Positions 38,695-48,876 of a stretch of 64,000 nt of DNA are shown in pieces (within the stretch, counting starts at the first letter, position 1; each line of letters opens with the position of its first letter). Made by a program: the position numbers and the translations under genes. The stretch lies in IMG/VR virus record IMGVR_UViG_3300037249_000287, positions 21,025 through 85,024 of that record. One strand, 5' to 3'. Source of the stretch: a virus (Duplodnaviria > Caudoviricetes). The notes under the pieces were generated by a model. The model did no database searches and was not told the DNA's origin. It saw nothing but the letters and a program-made list of their open reading frames with translations.

Positions 38695-39513
38695 ATGGAA
38701 GAGATATGGAAAGATGTAGTTGGTTACGAAGGTTTGTATCAAGTAAGCAACTTCGGAAATGTGAAAAGCGTAAAAAGGGTTATTAAGAGAGCCAAAAATA
38801 CACATTTAAGTGTAAAAGAACGATTATTGAAAATACATCAAAACCACAAGGGGTACAAAATGGTTTGTTTGTCAAAGCAAGGCAAACAAAAATTTTGCAC
38901 TATCCATCGCCTTGTTGCAAAAGCGTTTATTCCAAACCCTCAAAATTTACCTCAAGTTAATCACAAAGACGAAGATAAGATGAATAATCATGTAGACAAC
39001 TTGGAGTGGTGTACAAATAAATATAATATAAACTACAATAATGGTGCTGCATTTAAAAGAGGTGTTAAAACAAAAAAGGAAAGATATAACTGGAAGGATG
39101 TTTGCGAAAGAATGATTGAGACTAAAACAAAAAACAATGTTTACACAAAACCAATTCCAGTTAATCAATTTACATGGGATGGTGTCTTTATAAAAAGATT
39201 CCGTTCTTCAGAACAAGTAAGTCGGGAGCTTGGAATAAATGGCACACACAGAGTAGCACAAGGCTTAAATAGGCACGCTGGTGGATATATCTGGTTGTTT
39301 GACGAAGATATTGACAAAATAAAAGACAGAGTGCTGAATAAAAAACCCGAAAAAAGAATAGTTCAATATGACAATAATGGTAATTTTATAAAAACGTGGG
39401 AAAATCAAAAAGAAGCGTCCAAATATTTAGGATTAACTACTTCGTCATTATGTGCTTGCTTGCGTGGGCGCACAAAAACATGCGGTGGTTATATTTGGAA
39501 GTATTATGAATAA
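38695..39513 (+). CDS. NUMOD4-HNH endonuclease with two NUMOD1-like C-terminal repeats
   Basis: MEEIWKDVVGYEGLYQVSNFGNVKS; IHRLVAKAFIPNPQNLPQVNHKDEDKMNNHVDNLEWC. Confidence 0.9.
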   Translation: MEEIWKDVVGYEGLYQVSNFGNVKSVKRVIKRAKNTHLSVKERLLKIHQNHKGYKMVCLSKQGKQKFCTIHRLVAKAFIPNPQNLPQVNHKDEDKMNNHVDNLEWCTNKYNINYNNGAAFKRGVKTKKERYNWKDVCERMIETKTKNNVYTKPIPVNQFTWDGVFIKRFRSSEQVSRELGINGTHRVAQGLNRHAGGYIWLFDEDIDKIKDRVLNKKPEKRIVQYDNNGNFIKTWENQKEASKYLGLTTSSLCACLRGRTKTCGGYIWKYYE

Positions 39514-39587
39514 AAAGTAGCCAGATAATGTTCACTGTCAACACGGGCGATTGGCGAACAAAGAGTTAAACAACAAAACAAAAAATT

Positions 39588-39740
39588 ATGGAAGAGAAAA
39601 AAGTGTGCTGCATCTGTGGCAAAGAGTTTACAGAATGGCCGAACAATCCTTGGCCTATCAAACAATCGGGTGAGTGTTGTGACGAGTGCAATGCCAACAA
39701 GGTTGTGCCTGCACGTATCTTATTATCATTAAAAAAGTAA
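39588..39740 (+). CDS. Small Zn-finger protein (50 aa)
   Basis: CCICGKEF...NNPWP...CCDECNANKVVPAR. Confidence 0.6.
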   Translation: MEEKKVCCICGKEFTEWPNNPWPIKQSGECCDECNANKVVPARILLSLKK

Positions 39741-41640
39741 TTGGTTATGGTCTATTGGAGCGCAAGTGAGGCTGAACGGATGCCCGTAGTTATGGATGCC
39801 GTTCTTCAAAAGTATTTCCCCGAAAAGACTTGGGGTGCAATACCTTTGATTAATACTAATGGCGATGTTGAACTTGTCACGATTGACAGGGTTGAATATA
39901 CTGGTGGTGGCAAACATCATGACGAAAGCGAATGGACGCACTATGCCAACATTCAGTTGTACGATGGTGATGTGTGGGAACTCAACGAACAGTTCAAAGG
40001 TAAGAACGAAGACGAGATGTGGATTTATGGCTACTACAAGTCTTTTGGTTCTGCCGTAAGGAATCTTGCAAAGAAAGGAACGAAAGACAGGAAACCGATT
40101 AAAATTTGGATGTGATATGACAAGAGTATTATTATTTGACGCAAACAAAATTGAGCGTCAGGAGTTAGAAGACAAAACAAGCAATGAGCGTTATCAGTTT
40201 GCAATCAATGAATTGAAGACTGGAATCTGTGTGAGTATTATGACGTTGAAAGCCTTTCAGACGCTTTTCAACGAAGGTGTTATTAGTAGCGATTATCTGG
40301 TTTATTTTTATGAGTTATGAAAAATGAAATGAAGTATTTTGTAATTGAAGAAGACGCTGGGTTGTATAACATATTCAGTGTTGACGACTTTGATGATGAT
40401 GGTTACCTTTCTGGCTACAATGGTCAAGACGGCTATCATCGTTCAGATTTTGACATTGTTGCGTGGTTTGAAACGTTTTGTGATGCTGTCAATTGGGAAG
40501 AAGAACATAGTAAGTATTAACAATTAAAATTTTAGGATTATGAAAGATTACGAATGGAACGAAGAATTTCCAACCCAGAAGTCAATTGTCCGTCAGCACT
40601 TGTTAGACGGAAATTCTATCACACAACTTGAGGCTTTGAACCTCTGTGGCAGTTTACGTCTTAGCGCAATCATCTTCAAGTTACGTGAAGAGGGTATGCC
40701 GATTGAGATGGAGCGGTTGCAGGTGTCACATCGCAAACGTGTGGCCAACTATTATCTGCCTAAAGAATACATAGAATCGCTTTCTAAGTGATTTTAAAGC
40801 TTTCTAAGCGCATTTCGTGTGGTTTGCTTGATAGTTACAAGCCGCCACAATTTTAACGGCTTAAAACGAAAAGAAATATGTTAAGAAAGAAAGTTTATAA
40901 GATAAGTAAGGAACGCGCAATAGAACTTGCGATGAATCATAATTGTGTTTCGCGTGAGATTGCAGAAAATTATACAGATAGCGAACTAAGGGAAGTTGTG
41001 TTGCATATAAGTGGTGGCGCAATGTCATTTAAGTTAATTGCAGACTTTTAAAACAAAAAGAAATATGGAAAAAGAATGTTGGTTGTTTACGTTATGGACA
41101 CCGATTGCAGGATATATCAACTGCTGGTATGAATGGTTTCCGTCAAAACAGGAGTTAATTAATGTTTGTCGTAAATTTGGTGACAAAGAAGGATTGTATG
41201 CTATTATCAATGTAACCAAGTTAACAGAAGAACAGTATAACAAACTAACAAAAGACAGTAATGAAAAATAATGAGGTAACTAATTTTATGCTCTACGTCT
41301 ACAACAAGTGGGGCATCAACGAGGCGCATCTATTGTTTGGTAAGAATCTTGGCGACCATATATTTGGCAAGTGGATTGAAAATCGTGGAGACCAGTTGTA
41401 TTGGTATGCGGAACTTGACGAGAGTTGTCGCCAGAAGATAGTTGACAGGGCAAACGAGTTGTATAACAAATAAACAGAAACGATTATGGCATACGTATTA
41501 ACAGACGAACAACTTGACAGAATATGTGAGCGTTCAGCAGGATTATGTGGTAACAACTGCATGAAATGTGAAGCGTTCGCAGCCAACTGGCGGTACAACA
41601 ACGGCTACGATGATGATGATGATAACGAAGAAGAATGGTA
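39741..41640 (+). other. Cluster of small hypothetical genes (39741-40115, 40317-40520, 40540-40791 HTH-like, 41038-41271, 41261-41473, 41487-41640)
   Basis: Packed ORFs. 40540-40791 has SITQLEALNLCGSLRLSAIIFKLR (winged-HTH-like). Confidence 0.55.
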
Positions 41641-41756
41641 ACGTTCACTCTCAACACCGCCCGCCGCTGGCTTGCATTTTGGTAAATAAAAGTTAAATAT
41701 CTTAATTTATGTTTCCAAAACTTGCAATATTAAAACATACTTTGTATCTTTGCACC

Positions 41757-41919
41757 AAGTAATCGAGGTGGCTCTCGGATTATAGAGTGTTCTTAGCGCA
41801 TTTTGAGAAAAATGATATATCCTATTTGTTAGGAAGAATTAGACCCTGTAACCCCGAGCCACAGTCCTTGCTAAAAAGGACAGGTTACGGGGTTAATTCT
41901 TTTATAGCAGATAGGATTT
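41757..41919 (+). ncRNA. Kissing-loop/pseudoknot leader (class B variant)
   Basis: Promoter TATCTTTG 41745-41752. TAATCGAG/CTCGGATTA loop GTGGCTC pairs with GAGCCAC (41856-62) bulged from an 11-bp stem; further stems AAGAATTA/TAATTCTT and GTCCTT/AAGGAC. Confidence 0.65.
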
Positions 41920-42765
41920 GTGACAAAGACGATTAACATACCAATCAGCCTCATCAGGGGTTACAAGAGAGACAAAAACTCCCTTGAAATGCTGGCGTGT
42001 GCAATTATCATCAAAAGTCATTATCAAAATTCGTGCCTCTACGACCTTAAAATCACATCGGTAATGGAATTGTTCGGTGTGTCATATAAAAAGGCTCACA
42101 AGGTCTTGGAATCGCTTAGAACGCATGAATTATTCATCTATAACCCAAAGAAAGATTGTATCTTTGCAAAGTCTTTCAAATCTACGGAAACGAAATACTA
42201 CGGAAAGAGACAAAGATATGCTGCCAAGGCTGACTATTGCAGGAAACTGCAAGTTACCGATGGCATGACATTACGCGAGTTGGTTCGTGAATTACGAAAC
42301 ACCTTACTTTTATGCGCTATCAACGCAAGCGAACAGGACGGCTTTATAGTTAGTGTAAACAAATCTATTCCAGCCACGAAACCGAACGTACAACGTGCGA
42401 TACCACAACGCAAATTGGCAATGTCTTTTGGAATGAGCAAATCATCCGCAAGTAGGTATATCAATAAGATGGTTGATGACAAGAAAGTAAGCAAGACACA
42501 GATTGTAGCCGAATGTGTTATCACTGACCTTAATGAAAATACCGAAAGCGATTACCGTAAGATACAAACGAAGATACCACACTACAAGGTTTGGCACAAC
42601 GTCAAGTCTGGTGGTTGGTCTGCGTGGATTGTTTATGGTCGCGTTTACTCTATTATGGATAGGACAATAAGCGAAAGTTTTATGAATGTTATCTTCAACT
42701 ATCGCTATCCAAATGTTTTCGAGGCACAAACAAGTAGTGAACTTGATGGCAAATGGAAATATTGA
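41920..42765 (+). CDS. Basic putative DNA-binding protein
   Basis: 281 aa, Lys-rich, HTH-like segments (QRKLAMSFGMSKSSASRYINKM); GTG start. Confidence 0.55.
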   Translation: MTKTINIPISLIRGYKRDKNSLEMLACAIIIKSHYQNSCLYDLKITSVMELFGVSYKKAHKVLESLRTHELFIYNPKKDCIFAKSFKSTETKYYGKRQRYAAKADYCRKLQVTDGMTLRELVRELRNTLLLCAINASEQDGFIVSVNKSIPATKPNVQRAIPQRKLAMSFGMSKSSASRYINKMVDDKKVSKTQIVAECVITDLNENTESDYRKIQTKIPHYKVWHNVKSGGWSAWIVYGRVYSIMDRTISESFMNVIFNYRYPNVFEAQTSSELDGKWKY

Positions 42766-42804
42766 CTTTTTGCAACGTACTATATAGTTAGTTAGTGTAA
42801 GAAT

Positions 42805-43329
42805 ATGAAGTACATAATTTATACGGATGGTGCTTATTCGCAGATGAATGATGAAGGTGCTTATGCTTTTGTTATTTTGACCGAATTAAACAATGAAGTT
42901 AAGAGGTTTGCGAAGAAGATTACCCATGAAACAAACAACCGTGCCGAATTAAAAGCAATTATCAATGCTATTCTACAATTACCACAAGACTCAACTGATG
43001 TTGTTGTTAATTCTGACTCGCAATATGCACTCAACACATTGTCTGGCAAGTGGAAACACAAGTTGAACAAAGACTTGTTTGACATTTGGGATGACGTAAC
43101 AAAAGAACGTGGTCTTACGATTGAATACAACTGGGTTAGAAGTCACAACGGGAATGAATATAATGAACTTTGCGACAAGTTGTGTAATGAGGCTATCGGC
43201 TATGATGCCAACGCTGAAACAGATGTGTTCAGAAAAGATAAACCATCAGAAGAAATGGTGTCTATTTCAAGGCAAAGGTACGAGTTTCTTTTGAGGTGCG
43301 AAGAACTTATTAAAGATAACATTAAATAA
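42805..43329 (+). CDS. rnhA: Ribonuclease HI
   Basis: IYTDGA, TNNRAELKA, NSDSQYA, WVRSHNGNEYNELCDKL: the D/E/D/H/D catalytic residues are present. Confidence 0.92.
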   Translation: MKYIIYTDGAYSQMNDEGAYAFVILTELNNEVKRFAKKITHETNNRAELKAIINAILQLPQDSTDVVVNSDSQYALNTLSGKWKHKLNKDLFDIWDDVTKERGLTIEYNWVRSHNGNEYNELCDKLCNEAIGYDANAETDVFRKDKPSEEMVSISRQRYEFLLRCEELIKDNIK

Positions 43330-43973
43330 TACACAATAGTTAATTAAACAAACAACAAAGTTATGGAGACAATATTTGGAACTATTAACGGCATTGAACG
43401 CAACGAATGTAAACCAACAGAATTTTATTACAGGGCGTGTGACATTGACGCATTCAAAGACAATTGTATCAATTGTGATAAATCACATACAAGAAAAATT
43501 TACGAACTTGAACGTGCAATTAAATCTCTTAAAAACTACAGGTGTGCATTTTATGTAATGTTTGCAGCTTGGGTTATTTTACTTATTGCTTATGTCTTAA
43601 AATAACAAGACTATGGTTTACAGAGCGAAAATTACAAAGATTCAGGCGTGGGTAGAAAGCAACTACAACATAAACGCCTACACGATGGTACGCGACGCAA
43701 AAGATGTGTACATCGAAGTGAAAGACGAGGACGAGGCGGAACTGCTGGAGTCCATCAATAGGAAACAAGAAGAACTACTGTTGCTGAAAGTAGAGTGGTA
43801 TAAGAAGTACAGTAACTAACGATTATGAAAAAAGACCATGACTACAGCGTATTCCTTGCAATTATAGCAATATGGATGATGGTTAGTGCTCTTGCGCAAT
43901 GCGAAAGCGCAAGTCATCTTGAGGGTATCGAGCATGAGTTGATTATGTTAAAGTATAAATAAAAAATAAGATT

Positions 43974-44390
43974 ATGACAAACAGTGAAATTAAATTTGAG
44001 TTGGCAAAGGTTGCATTAACAAAGTGTAACTTTACGACAAGCGAAACGTTAACAGACAGTTTAAGAAACTTGTACGAATGGATTGTTGAAGAGCCAGAGG
44101 TTGATGTTGAGCAAGCAGAAATAGATGATAAGAATCCAAGCACCGAATACGACAAAAAACCAATAGGCGAGGTTATATCATGTATTAGTAAGTCGGGACA
44201 AATGGGTATCACCTATGCAACCAAGCTTGCTGATATATTCCATAACAACGAGATTAATACGGTAGGCGATTTGCTACGTATCGGCGGTCGTTATTTCTCT
44301 AAATATAGAAATGTTGGAAAGGGTAGTATATCACGTATCGACGATGCTCTTGCGCAACTTTACGGAATTGATGACTGGTATAAATCTTAA
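43974..44390 (+). CDS. Protein with a C-terminal RNA polymerase alpha-CTD-like (HhH) domain
   Basis: FHNNEINTVGDLLRIGGRYFSKYRNVGKGSISRIDDAL. Confidence 0.7.
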   Translation: MTNSEIKFELAKVALTKCNFTTSETLTDSLRNLYEWIVEEPEVDVEQAEIDDKNPSTEYDKKPIGEVISCISKSGQMGITYATKLADIFHNNEINTVGDLLRIGGRYFSKYRNVGKGSISRIDDALAQLYGIDDWYKS

Positions 44391-45379
44391 TTGGTTATGG
44401 AGACTTGGAAAGCAACAATAAAAGAAAAGGGTAACGAGCATTTGCTGACGCCCGAATATTGTTTCAGCAATCAGTTTGACCACATCAAAGATGAGCGTCA
44501 GCGAGAGTATGAAATACGAAAGTTTCTTGTGGATTTCTGGGGACTTGATAATGAGGATGTGGATTGGTATCGGCTTGAAAAGATTATTTAACTTAAACTA
44601 TCTAAACGAACTTGAAATATACCAAATTAAAATCGTAAATTTGCAACATGATATAAATAAGCCCGTGAGGGTGTCATCTGAAAAATTAAACATTATAGTA
44701 ATCTCAGCCCTCAGCGGAGGGCATTTGGGGTACTTGGAGGAATGTGTGCCAAGCATGGAAACATTTGCGCAGTCCGATTCTGCCTGCCCCACTAATAGTA
44801 TTAACAATTAAAAGCAAAGCGTATGAAGAGTATAAAAGAAAAGTCAGAAGAACATGCTCCATGCACAAGAGAAGATTCTTGGAATAAAGCGCAAAAATGT
44901 ATTATTGCTCAAACATCATTTGAAGCAGGTGCAAACTATGTGCTTGAACAGATAGAGCAGTTGATTTACGAAAAGCACATTGAAGGTAATCTTCCGCTAT
45001 TTGACCTGACATATCTTATTGATAAATTAAAGGAGAAATGACTATGGCAACAATTAAAGAAGATTACTGTTCAAAGGAGATATATAGGCTTCTTATAGAG
45101 AAAGGGTTTGATGGAGAAATCCATACCAGCTTTGATGAAGAAGGTTGTACACAAGCATCTATTACGCTCCAGATGGCTATGAAGTGGTTGAGAGAAGTGC
45201 ATAATATACATATTGACATAGACCCAGAGTGGACATCTAAAGGTGGATTTTCCGTTATCGGATATTGTTTTAATATACATTCTATAGCAAATCCTTGGTA
45301 TGAGGATTTTGTTGTTTATCCAACTTATGAACAAGCAGTAGAAGCTGCTAATAAGTATTGTCTTGAAAATTTGATTTAA
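44391..45379 (+). other. Small hypothetical genes (44391-44591, 44823-45041, 45038-45379)
   Basis: Packed ORFs. Confidence 0.5.
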
Positions 45380-45390
45380 ATGGTAGGATT

Positions 45391-46572
45391 ATGGGCTACG
45401 AAAAGAAATACAAAGAGGCTTTAGAAAAGGCACGTCAACTATGTGCCTATCCCACAACTAAGCCGTTTATAAGCGACTTACAAGACCTCTTCCCCGAACT
45501 CAAAGAGAGCGAGGATGAGATGATAAGGAAAGCTCTAATATACCATTATCAAGGTGACGGTTGTTTATGTACCAATGAGTATAGAATAGATTATAAAGAA
45601 ATCCGTGCTTGGCTTGAAAAGCAAGGTGCTTATAGCCAAAGAGAAGAATGCTTAGATTGCCAGTTTAACTATGCTAGTGAGTGCAAAGGTTCTTGTGCTA
45701 TGAAAAGAGGTGAACAGAAGCCTGTTGTAATCATTTCAAAATTTAGAATAGGTGACGAAATAAAGACTTCCAATGAAGAATCACTGACTATTACAAAGAT
45801 TGACGAAAAAGGTTATTGGTCAGAGGATTTATTTATCTGTAGCTTTGATGAGGAATGTATATGGGATTTGGTTAAGCAAAAACCTATAGATAAAGCAGAA
45901 CCGAAGTTCCACAAAGGTGAATGGATAATACACCAAGGAACTGAAAATATCTATCAAGTAGTTGCTCTTATAGATAATCATTATCAGCTTAAATATGGCG
46001 ATAACTATGCGGTTCAAAAATGCACTGATGTTGACAGATATGCAAGATTGTGGGACATCAAAGATGCAAAGTGTGGTGATGTCCTTAGTGATGGAACTAC
46101 TATTTTTATATTCAAAGACTTACTATCAGATGGTTCAGTGATGTCATATTGTGACTATGATACAGATAGTGGTGAGAGCGATGCTTTCTGTCCTTTATCA
46201 ATGAATTTGATGTGCTCAAAAATTACTCCTGCTACCAAAGAACAGCGCGATATTCTAATGAAGGCAATTGCTGATGCTGGATACACCTTTGACTTTAAGA
46301 AGAAAGAATTAAAGAGGATTGAGCAGAAGCCTGCTTGGAGTGAAGAGGATAATTCTAATCTACAATGTTGCATTACTAAAGTGCAGCATGATATGAACAA
46401 TGGATGGATAGGAAGAAATGAAGAACTGTTGAGTTGGCTTGAATCTCTCAAAGACAGATACACTTGGAAGCCGAGTGATGAGCAGATGATTACTTTGCGT
46501 CAAGTTATAAGTGGTTGCTCTTATGATATTGAACCGTTAGTTGAACTTGAAACAAAATTAAAAGAATTGTAA
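45391..46572 (+). CDS. Mosaic Bacteroidales-phage hypothetical protein (393 aa)
   Basis: YEKKYKEALEKAR start; KF(R/H)xG(D/E)xI SH3-like repeats; WSEED and WKPSDEQM modules. Confidence 0.6.
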   Translation: MGYEKKYKEALEKARQLCAYPTTKPFISDLQDLFPELKESEDEMIRKALIYHYQGDGCLCTNEYRIDYKEIRAWLEKQGAYSQREECLDCQFNYASECKGSCAMKRGEQKPVVIISKFRIGDEIKTSNEESLTITKIDEKGYWSEDLFICSFDEECIWDLVKQKPIDKAEPKFHKGEWIIHQGTENIYQVVALIDNHYQLKYGDNYAVQKCTDVDRYARLWDIKDAKCGDVLSDGTTIFIFKDLLSDGSVMSYCDYDTDSGESDAFCPLSMNLMCSKITPATKEQRDILMKAIADAGYTFDFKKKELKRIEQKPAWSEEDNSNLQCCITKVQHDMNNGWIGRNEELLSWLESLKDRYTWKPSDEQMITLRQVISGCSYDIEPLVELETKLKEL

Positions 46573-46575
46573 CAC

Positions 46576-46929
46576 ATGTACGGATATTATTATAAAGCAG
46601 GTAAGTCATGGGAGGACGTTAAGCTCTGGGAAGCAACTAAAGACAATCCGCAAGAAGATGTAAACGTAGAGTCGTTCTTAAAACAAGACAATTATTGGAA
46701 TATTGGAAGTTTCATGGAACTTGCAAAGGAAATGCAGTTAGTCCTTAAAGCAGACTATTCTTTTCCAATAATTCTTGATGAGGAATGCAAGTTAGTTGAT
46801 GGAGCACATAGATTGGTTCATGCTTATATTGATGGTAAGACACATATCAAAGGTGTCATTATAAAGGATGACCAATGGCCAGAGCCTGACTATGACGAAT
46901 TGAAGGAAATAAAAAAGAAAGAAGTATGA
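46576..46929 (+). CDS. ParB/Srx-like N-terminal domain protein
   Basis: FPIILDEECKLVDGAHRLVHAY. Confidence 0.65.
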   Translation: MYGYYYKAGKSWEDVKLWEATKDNPQEDVNVESFLKQDNYWNIGSFMELAKEMQLVLKADYSFPIILDEECKLVDGAHRLVHAYIDGKTHIKGVIIKDDQWPEPDYDELKEIKKKEV

Positions 46930-48410
46930 TTTATTTGGATATAGACATAAGACCGTTTCCCTATACAAGGAAAGATAAAGGTTACTACATCTTTGTTGAT
47001 AGAATGAAGGAAGGTTCTGCTAATACAATCGAACGTAATGTGTTAGAGTGCAGGTCAAAAAACGATATTGATGCCAGAGTAAAAAGATTTATCAGCACCT
47101 ACACAAAAGAGTATCATTATATAAAATTATGGAGCAATTAAAGAAACTAAAAGAATAAAGTTATGAAAGCAGATGAAATAATAACAAGAATACGTCAAGC
47201 ATGTGATGCTATCTACGAGAAATACGAAGGCAATCCTCTGATTGAAAAGGATGACATTCTTGAACCATTTGAAGATATTATCAATGACTATTATGAAGAT
47301 TTAAGTCCAATGTAATTATGAAAGCAAACGAAGCACCAGAGAAAATTTATCTTAATCAAGATGACGGTTTAATCTGGCATTGTAGGAGCTATAAAGATGA
47401 CATTGAGTACACCCGTACTGATGCCTTTATTGAGAAGGCTTGGGATTGGATTGAAGATAATGTGTTATCTTCAAACCAGCAAGATAAGTCACGTTTGTAT
47501 TGTGAACAGTTTAAAAACTATATGAAAGGAAAGTAAGGTATGGAGATAAAGAAAGGTAAAATGGTAGAATGTTTTGCAGTAACACCTAACATCAATATAA
47601 GTTGGATAAAGTTTACTGGTACAAACATATATTATATTCAATTTGCATGGCTATTTTGGTATATTACATTCACAACTAAAAAAGTAAGGCTATGACACAC
47701 TTAATAGACAAAGACGCTTTAGTAGCGGAGTTTAACAGACTTATTACTGAACTTGTAGAAGAAGGTGAAAATACAATGTTTGAGCAAGGAAGAATATCTG
47801 CATTTGAAGATGCTAAGTTATTTCTCGACACCCTTGAAGTAAAAGAACAACTAACTTGGCAGGACGTGCGGCTAATATCAGAGATTGGTGAGGATTTTAT
47901 GAACTCAGAGGAAAGTGATAGTCTTAACGAAGAAGAATATTATACAGAAATACTACGAAGATTTAAAGCACAGAAAGGAGAAGAAGTATGACAGACAAAG
48001 TACAAAAAATTAAGGAATGGATTAGCAAAGAGCAAAATGGTCTTATGGATGCCCAAGGCAACTTTGAATATCCAGAACATGAAGGAGCATATCACATACT
48101 ATGCAACTTAGATGCTTACATTGACTCCTTGCAAGAAGAGCCAATAGAATATAATCCGTTTGACGATTTTAGACACACAGATTCAGAAGAGCCTATAAGC
48201 GAGCCACAAGTTAAAGAATCTGCAAAAGTTCAACACAAAGCTGAAACGTGTAAAGAAAGTGGCAATTCTTTAACACAAGAGTCTGTAAGCGAGGATTTAA
48301 GAGATGCTGCGAGAAAATATTTCAAATCGCTTAAAGATTATTGTTTTATTAGTAGTGATATAATGCTTGCTTTCAAAGCTGGTGCTAAGTGGCAGAAAAA
48401 ACACGGTTAG
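46926..48410 (+). other. Small hypothetical genes (46926-47141, 47318-47536, 47692-47991, 47988-48410)
   Basis: Packed ORFs. Confidence 0.5.
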
Positions 48411-48484
48411 TTTGCCAGCTAAAGCGTTATGGTTTATTAACTTAAACTTTGTTACACACATTTGGAATATAAAAAGTTTATTAG

Positions 48485-48492
48485 TAACTTTG
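48485..48492 (+). promoter_or_regulatory. -7 promoter (TAACTTTG) of the recombination module
   Basis: TAnnTTTG-CAC. Confidence 0.65.
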
Positions 48493-48516
48493 CACAAGTA
48501 AAACAAAAGAATAAAA

Positions 48517-48861
48517 ATGGCTGATAGAAACGATTGCAGATTCGTCGGCAGAATAGGCGAAAGAATGAAAAAAGGCAAGACGATAAACGGAGAGCCTTAT
48601 ATGTACTTTGATATGAATATCACGTCAAAGTATAATGCTAACAGCACGGAGAACAACTACGAGCAGAATATACCTATCATGGTGTTTAAGCCAGCAGTGA
48701 TTAAGTATCTTGAAAAGCTAAAAGTGCATGTTGGAACACCAATAATTGCATTTGGGTTTGTGTCAACCTATACCGACGAGGTTAAGGGTATAACGCTAAA
48801 GTCAAACGGCATCAATGCCAATGAGGTGTACGTGATTCAAGTACGACCGTATAACGATTAA
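48517..48861 (+). CDS. SSB-like OB-fold protein
   Basis: NDCRFVGRIG...IPIMVFK...VGTPIIAFGFV; directly upstream of exonuclease and RecT. Confidence 0.6.
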   Translation: MADRNDCRFVGRIGERMKKGKTINGEPYMYFDMNITSKYNANSTENNYEQNIPIMVFKPAVIKYLEKLKVHVGTPIIAFGFVSTYTDEVKGITLKSNGINANEVYVIQVRPYND

Positions 48862-48876
48862 ATAAAACAAATAATT

